Notes under the pieces: generated by a model | Databases searched by the model: none | The model's input: only the letters and a program-made list of their open reading frames with translations | Told to the model about the DNA's origin: nothing | Translations under genes and position numbers: made by a program | Part shown: positions 61,401-64,000 of the stretch, piece by piece | Numbering within the stretch: the first letter of the stretch is position 1 | Layout: every line of letters starts with the position of its first letter | Assembly (NCBI GenBank): GCA_040755855.1 | Contig: JBFMAD010000001.1 | Coordinates: 192,001 to 256,000, forward strand | Source of the DNA: Planctomycetota bacterium | GTDB taxonomy: Bacteria; Planctomycetota; Brocadiia; JAADGH01 | Direction of reading: 5' to 3' | DNA length: 64,000 nt

Positions 61401-62246
61401 GCGCCCAGCGTGCCATATGTCTCAATAGATCAACTGGTTGTGACCGACAACCCGGACCTCCAGCCCTCCGGGGCGGAAGGCGCGGACATCACTCCCCCGC
61501 CGGCGCCGAACGGTATGACCGCCGATGCGCTGGCCCCCTATTCCATTCGACTTCGATGGCAACCCGTGTATTGTCGCGACTTCCATCACTACAACCTGTA
61601 TCTCGCCGACTCGTCGGACTGCCAGGCGAAGCAGGAGAATCTCATCGCCTCTCCGGCTGCGGCAAGCCACGTTGCCTGGGGGCTGGCCGCGGGAAAGACG
61701 TACTCCTGTTGCGCGACATCCGTTGACCGGGCAGGCAACGAGAGCAGACCATCGGCTGTCGCCACGGTTTCCACGCCGCCGATCCGGGATCGGCTATTCG
61801 CCCGCTTCGATGCAACATGGCGTCCGAAGGCGGTCGGGCAGACCGAGGTCGCCTTCGAGTCCCCCAGCGATGCGGACATCGTCGTCTGGACCAAATGGCA
61901 GAGCTTCGACTCCACATCGCACGGGACCGGCGGCGAGCTCGCCCTGGCGATTGATGGGAAGCCCTTGGGCAGGCACCAGATCCGCTTCGGCTACCTCTGC
62001 GTGGGACATGGAGGGCCCGTGCCGGGCGACTGGCTCTGGAACTTCTCGGCCCCGCTCGCCGGCGACCCCGGACAGGAGCGGTTCGGCTTCCGCATCGGAA
62101 AGGGAAGGCACACGCTCACCCTGAGCGCAGCCTCCGATGCGGACATCGAATGCGGCGGGATCATTGTCACGAACGACTTCGGCTTCCTGCCCGGCGGCGC
62201 TTTCACGAGCTTCCTGCCGATGAAAGGAGCGACTTCACGGAAGTAG
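58485..62246 (+). CDS. Large lipoprotein with CBM9-like, CBM4/9-like, oligogalacturonate-lyase-like propeller and FN3 domains
   Basis: Lipobox LFGC; PQLDGALDD..W, DDSVELFL, NLLTNGGFE, DTGTGAQIWRLT, HPAMSPDGTK, VDRAGNES. Confidence 0.75.
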   Translation: MRTPIAACLFAVILFGCGAPTVPTKGAAEPSRDDIAAREYLCLTADSPPQLDGALDDGCWRRARPSPVFHTIGACPEEVPRRMAIRFLCDKDNLYVAVDAASRPGVVPAARQERRHDDPVFNDDSVELFLHTSPSAKDYYHFMLNCDNAILDAHVIPDRTTGHAKWDPEWRHETKKRPGGWTAEMVIPFRAFDQKAPPQGFVWLVRVGSNAPGFPHAMWPRNPTASFHDPTCSGYLIFGDRNLLTNGGFEGPVSDKGIPQGWAFCYNEKEGKGVIALSESNAPEGKRCIRYEKTTPEMWFPQLHANPFPIQPHSMYEFSALVSSDKAFVMRHSLHDASGNRVKKYSMGQPPTKGYERREIRFRVEADGAQMSVGIQLSQVSGVVWVDDVRVQRVNGLEFRRGREVEPHRYHRLERLAARAPFKPCSHVSRGDMIQSERVIFRDTGTGAQIWRLTDTPGGSNRHFYMEVPPWNCDGSKIVLCSSEWGQRFNALLPADGSAMRRLPIKASCYTWDRRDPDRIYYCKGVEGGKTSAVCYSLKDDKEIVLRTFDGATNVWPISQDNKYLLVRESFPKAPWQAKSKIHLLSLDGKEDIILDPKGQIHQLWFTKLPDHSVEFEYEHGGYKPGEYPEGNFMMKKDGSIKRIFGGEGQWAGHRAHSPSGKLMCPGGRLQVVNKLTGDITPLAPIGGNHQSWEADESWLAASSDPHLIRFAADGRGFVHRIGSHNSAIGHSTYWTEAHPAMSPDGTKLGYASSMLGDIDFYFMVMMLPGRPEELKAASANGRVELTWEPPTHSKEIRGYLVYRSDKSGEPFEQISPTEIKETRFVDAPPAGRPFYYTVASLERCGLESLKSDEVCSDPAWPGGIRRVFECEFAPVTGPPAMEEFDTAASGLYGMNLGRDEPAKDFSMPFNVPRDGEYSLWLRVKSPDNGFTLTAGVDGQLPKAHSGEEGGWRWIRIAEGLHLARGAHRVALAPSVPYVSIDQLVVTDNPDLQPSGAEGADITPPPAPNGMTADALAPYSIRLRWQPVYCRDFHHYNLYLADSSDCQAKQENLIASPAAASHVAWGLAAGKTYSCCATSVDRAGNESRPSAVATVSTPPIRDRLFARFDATWRPKAVGQTEVAFESPSDADIVVWTKWQSFDSTSHGTGGELALAIDGKPLGRHQIRFGYLCVGHGGPVPGDWLWNFSAPLAGDPGQERFGFRIGKGRHTLTLSAASDADIECGGIIVTNDFGFLPGGAFTSFLPMKGATSRK

Positions 62247-62248
62247 CG

Positions 62249-64000
62249 CTACTTCTTCTCCGGCGCCTTTTCAAAATAGACCTCGCCGAAGCAGAGCGGC
62301 TCGCAGAAGCCCGTGCCCAGTTCGTTCGGCGCCCAGAGGTATAGGCTGGGCGACTTCTGCCCCGCGTAGCGCTCTCGCCCGAAGTTCGCCGTCCACAGAG
62401 ACATCGGCGTCGGCGTCTCGACGCCGAGGCTCTTGAACGGGATCGCCGCCTCGACGGTCCACCGCTTCCCCGCCGGGTCCAGCTTGAAGGCGCGCTCCCA
62501 CTGCGGGTCCCAGCTCTTGTCGTCCTTGTCAATCACCGGATTGAGCGGGTCGGTGATGAAGCCGCGCTGGCCGTCGTAGTAGGCCCCCTCCCGCGGCGCA
62601 GCGATGAGGTGCTGGTAGCGTGTCCTCGTCGCCCCGGTGTCGAGGAAAATCTCGACGCACTCGGTCCCCCAGATGCCGGCGTCGTGGCCCATCTGGGCAA
62701 CATCGAGCTTGTTGATCGTCGGCTCGTCGCAGGCGAACGCCACATACAGTTTTTCGTCGTCGAAGAGCAGGCGAACGGTGGTCTTCTCTTTCGAGACATA
62801 GCCCTCCATCTGCCCCATCTCCTGGACGGCGGCGCCCTCCCATTCCTTCTCATCTATCACACCATCTATCGTCGGCTTTGCTTTAGCCCGCGCTACAACC
62901 ATCCGGGCAGGGCCGGCGGATTTTTTCGTGAACCGAGTCGCGAGCTTGTCGAAGTCCCAGTTCACCGGCGCGCCGATGCGCGAATGCATGTGGCCTCCCT
63001 CGTCTATGAACGCCTTCACCACGCCCCAGCCGGGATACCAGGCGTTGACGTACTTCTTGTCGTTGCCGTAGTCGAGCAGTTTCTGCCGGAAGGCCTTCCA
63101 CTTCTCGACCGACTCCTTCAGTTGGAATAGATTCGGCGCGCTCTTGTTCAGGAGATAGGCCCGGTAGAATGTGAACATCTCAGTATGTATCTTCATATAG
63201 TCGAAGGAATCGCGGGTGAGCCTGAGCCAGCCCTTGGCCCGCTCGCTCTGCGCTTCCTTCTCTGCCTTCATCAGGAGTTGTTCGAGTTTCTGGATGGCTT
63301 GCGGCGGGAAGAGGGTGGTGTAGATCACTTCGCTGCTCTTGAAGTCACGCCCGATCTGGGCAAGGGGTCTGTGGCCTTGGACACGCTTGTGCAGTTCGTC
63401 GAAGAACTGGGCCATCGTCATCCCAGCCTCGCCGTAAATAAAGTCGCAGTATTCCTTTATGCACACATTCGGATCGAGGTCCGGGTCGCCCATGAGCCGG
63501 CCCGCCGTGTAGTAGGCCGGGCCTTCCAGGCCCCAGTCCTCGCCGCCGCCGCAGTAGTAAATCCCCACGACGTTGTTGTCGCGGAAGAGGCGGATGCTCT
63601 CGGCCACCTGACCGGGGGTGTACTTCGGCCCGATGCCCGCGCCGTGGTAGTAGCCCCAGAAATAGACGTAGACCGTCTGTGCCCAGACCTTCGGTTTCCA
63701 CACGGGCAGCGTGTATTCGTAGTGAGGACATACCTCGGCCACCACGTTATCGCCGTAGCGGTCGAACTTCTTCGACGGCCAACTCGTCGGGCCGTAAACG
63801 ATGAAGTGTACTTTCTTGTCGGGATGCGACTTTGCGCACTCGTCAATGATCGCCTTGTGGAGGATATGAATCCGCTCGCACGGATTGTTCCGCAGCGTCT
63901 CGAAGAAGAAGGTCTTGTCGTCGCCATGCCACTCGCGGTAGTTGTCTAGCGCATCGCAGTTCGGACACTCGCACCGCTTGTAGCCGTCCGATTGGGCAAG
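62249..64000 (-). CDS. 5'-truncated DUF4838-like protein with C-terminal CBM9-like domain
   Basis: Frame is open to the window edge (LAQSDGYKRCECPNC...); WGLEGP.YY; PTIDGVIDE.EW; WTVEAAIPF..L. Confidence 0.75.
   Translation of the reverse strand, partial: LAQSDGYKRCECPNCDALDNYREWHGDDKTFFFETLRNNPCERIHILHKAIIDECAKSHPDKKVHFIVYGPTSWPSKKFDRYGDNVVAEVCPHYEYTLPVWKPKVWAQTVYVYFWGYYHGAGIGPKYTPGQVAESIRLFRDNNVVGIYYCGGGEDWGLEGPAYYTAGRLMGDPDLDPNVCIKEYCDFIYGEAGMTMAQFFDELHKRVQGHRPLAQIGRDFKSSEVIYTTLFPPQAIQKLEQLLMKAEKEAQSERAKGWLRLTRDSFDYMKIHTEMFTFYRAYLLNKSAPNLFQLKESVEKWKAFRQKLLDYGNDKKYVNAWYPGWGVVKAFIDEGGHMHSRIGAPVNWDFDKLATRFTKKSAGPARMVVARAKAKPTIDGVIDEKEWEGAAVQEMGQMEGYVSKEKTTVRLLFDDEKLYVAFACDEPTINKLDVAQMGHDAGIWGTECVEIFLDTGATRTRYQHLIAAPREGAYYDGQRGFITDPLNPVIDKDDKSWDPQWERAFKLDPAGKRWTVEAAIPFKSLGVETPTPMSLWTANFGRERYAGQKSPSLYLWAPNELGTGFCEPLCFGEVYFEKAPEKK

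Overview
High-GC bacterial chromosomal window, most likely from an anaerobic planctomycete. This taxonomy is inferred from a 'LxxEELESR' planctomycete-type export motif, a planctomycete-type FabZ-like protein, a zinc-ribbon/TM protein and many large secreted carbohydrate-active lipoproteins. About 45 genes are present. Housekeeping genes are topA, fcl, a fabZ-like gene, hxlB and gdhA. There are many glycan-degrading or secreted proteins, two corrinoid-type methyltransferase-family genes, and two toxin-antitoxin loci (one decayed). The most striking region is a nitrogen/nucleotide block at 45-58.4 kb. It starts with an atypical P-II gene co-transcribed with glutamate dehydrogenase, followed by a HEAT-repeat gene. 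Next comes a tightly coupled operon, purF-carA-pyrG-guaA-carB, made only of glutamine-dependent amidotransferase enzymes from both purine and pyrimidine pathways and preceded by a structured ~100 nt leader. Intergenic DNA holds several kinds of palindromic elements, including a 172-bp element with perfect 24-bp terminal inverted repeats and two different hairpins whose loops are complementary. No rRNA, tRNA, CRISPR array, transposase or reverse transcriptase was recognised. All product calls come from motif recognition by eye; no database search was run.
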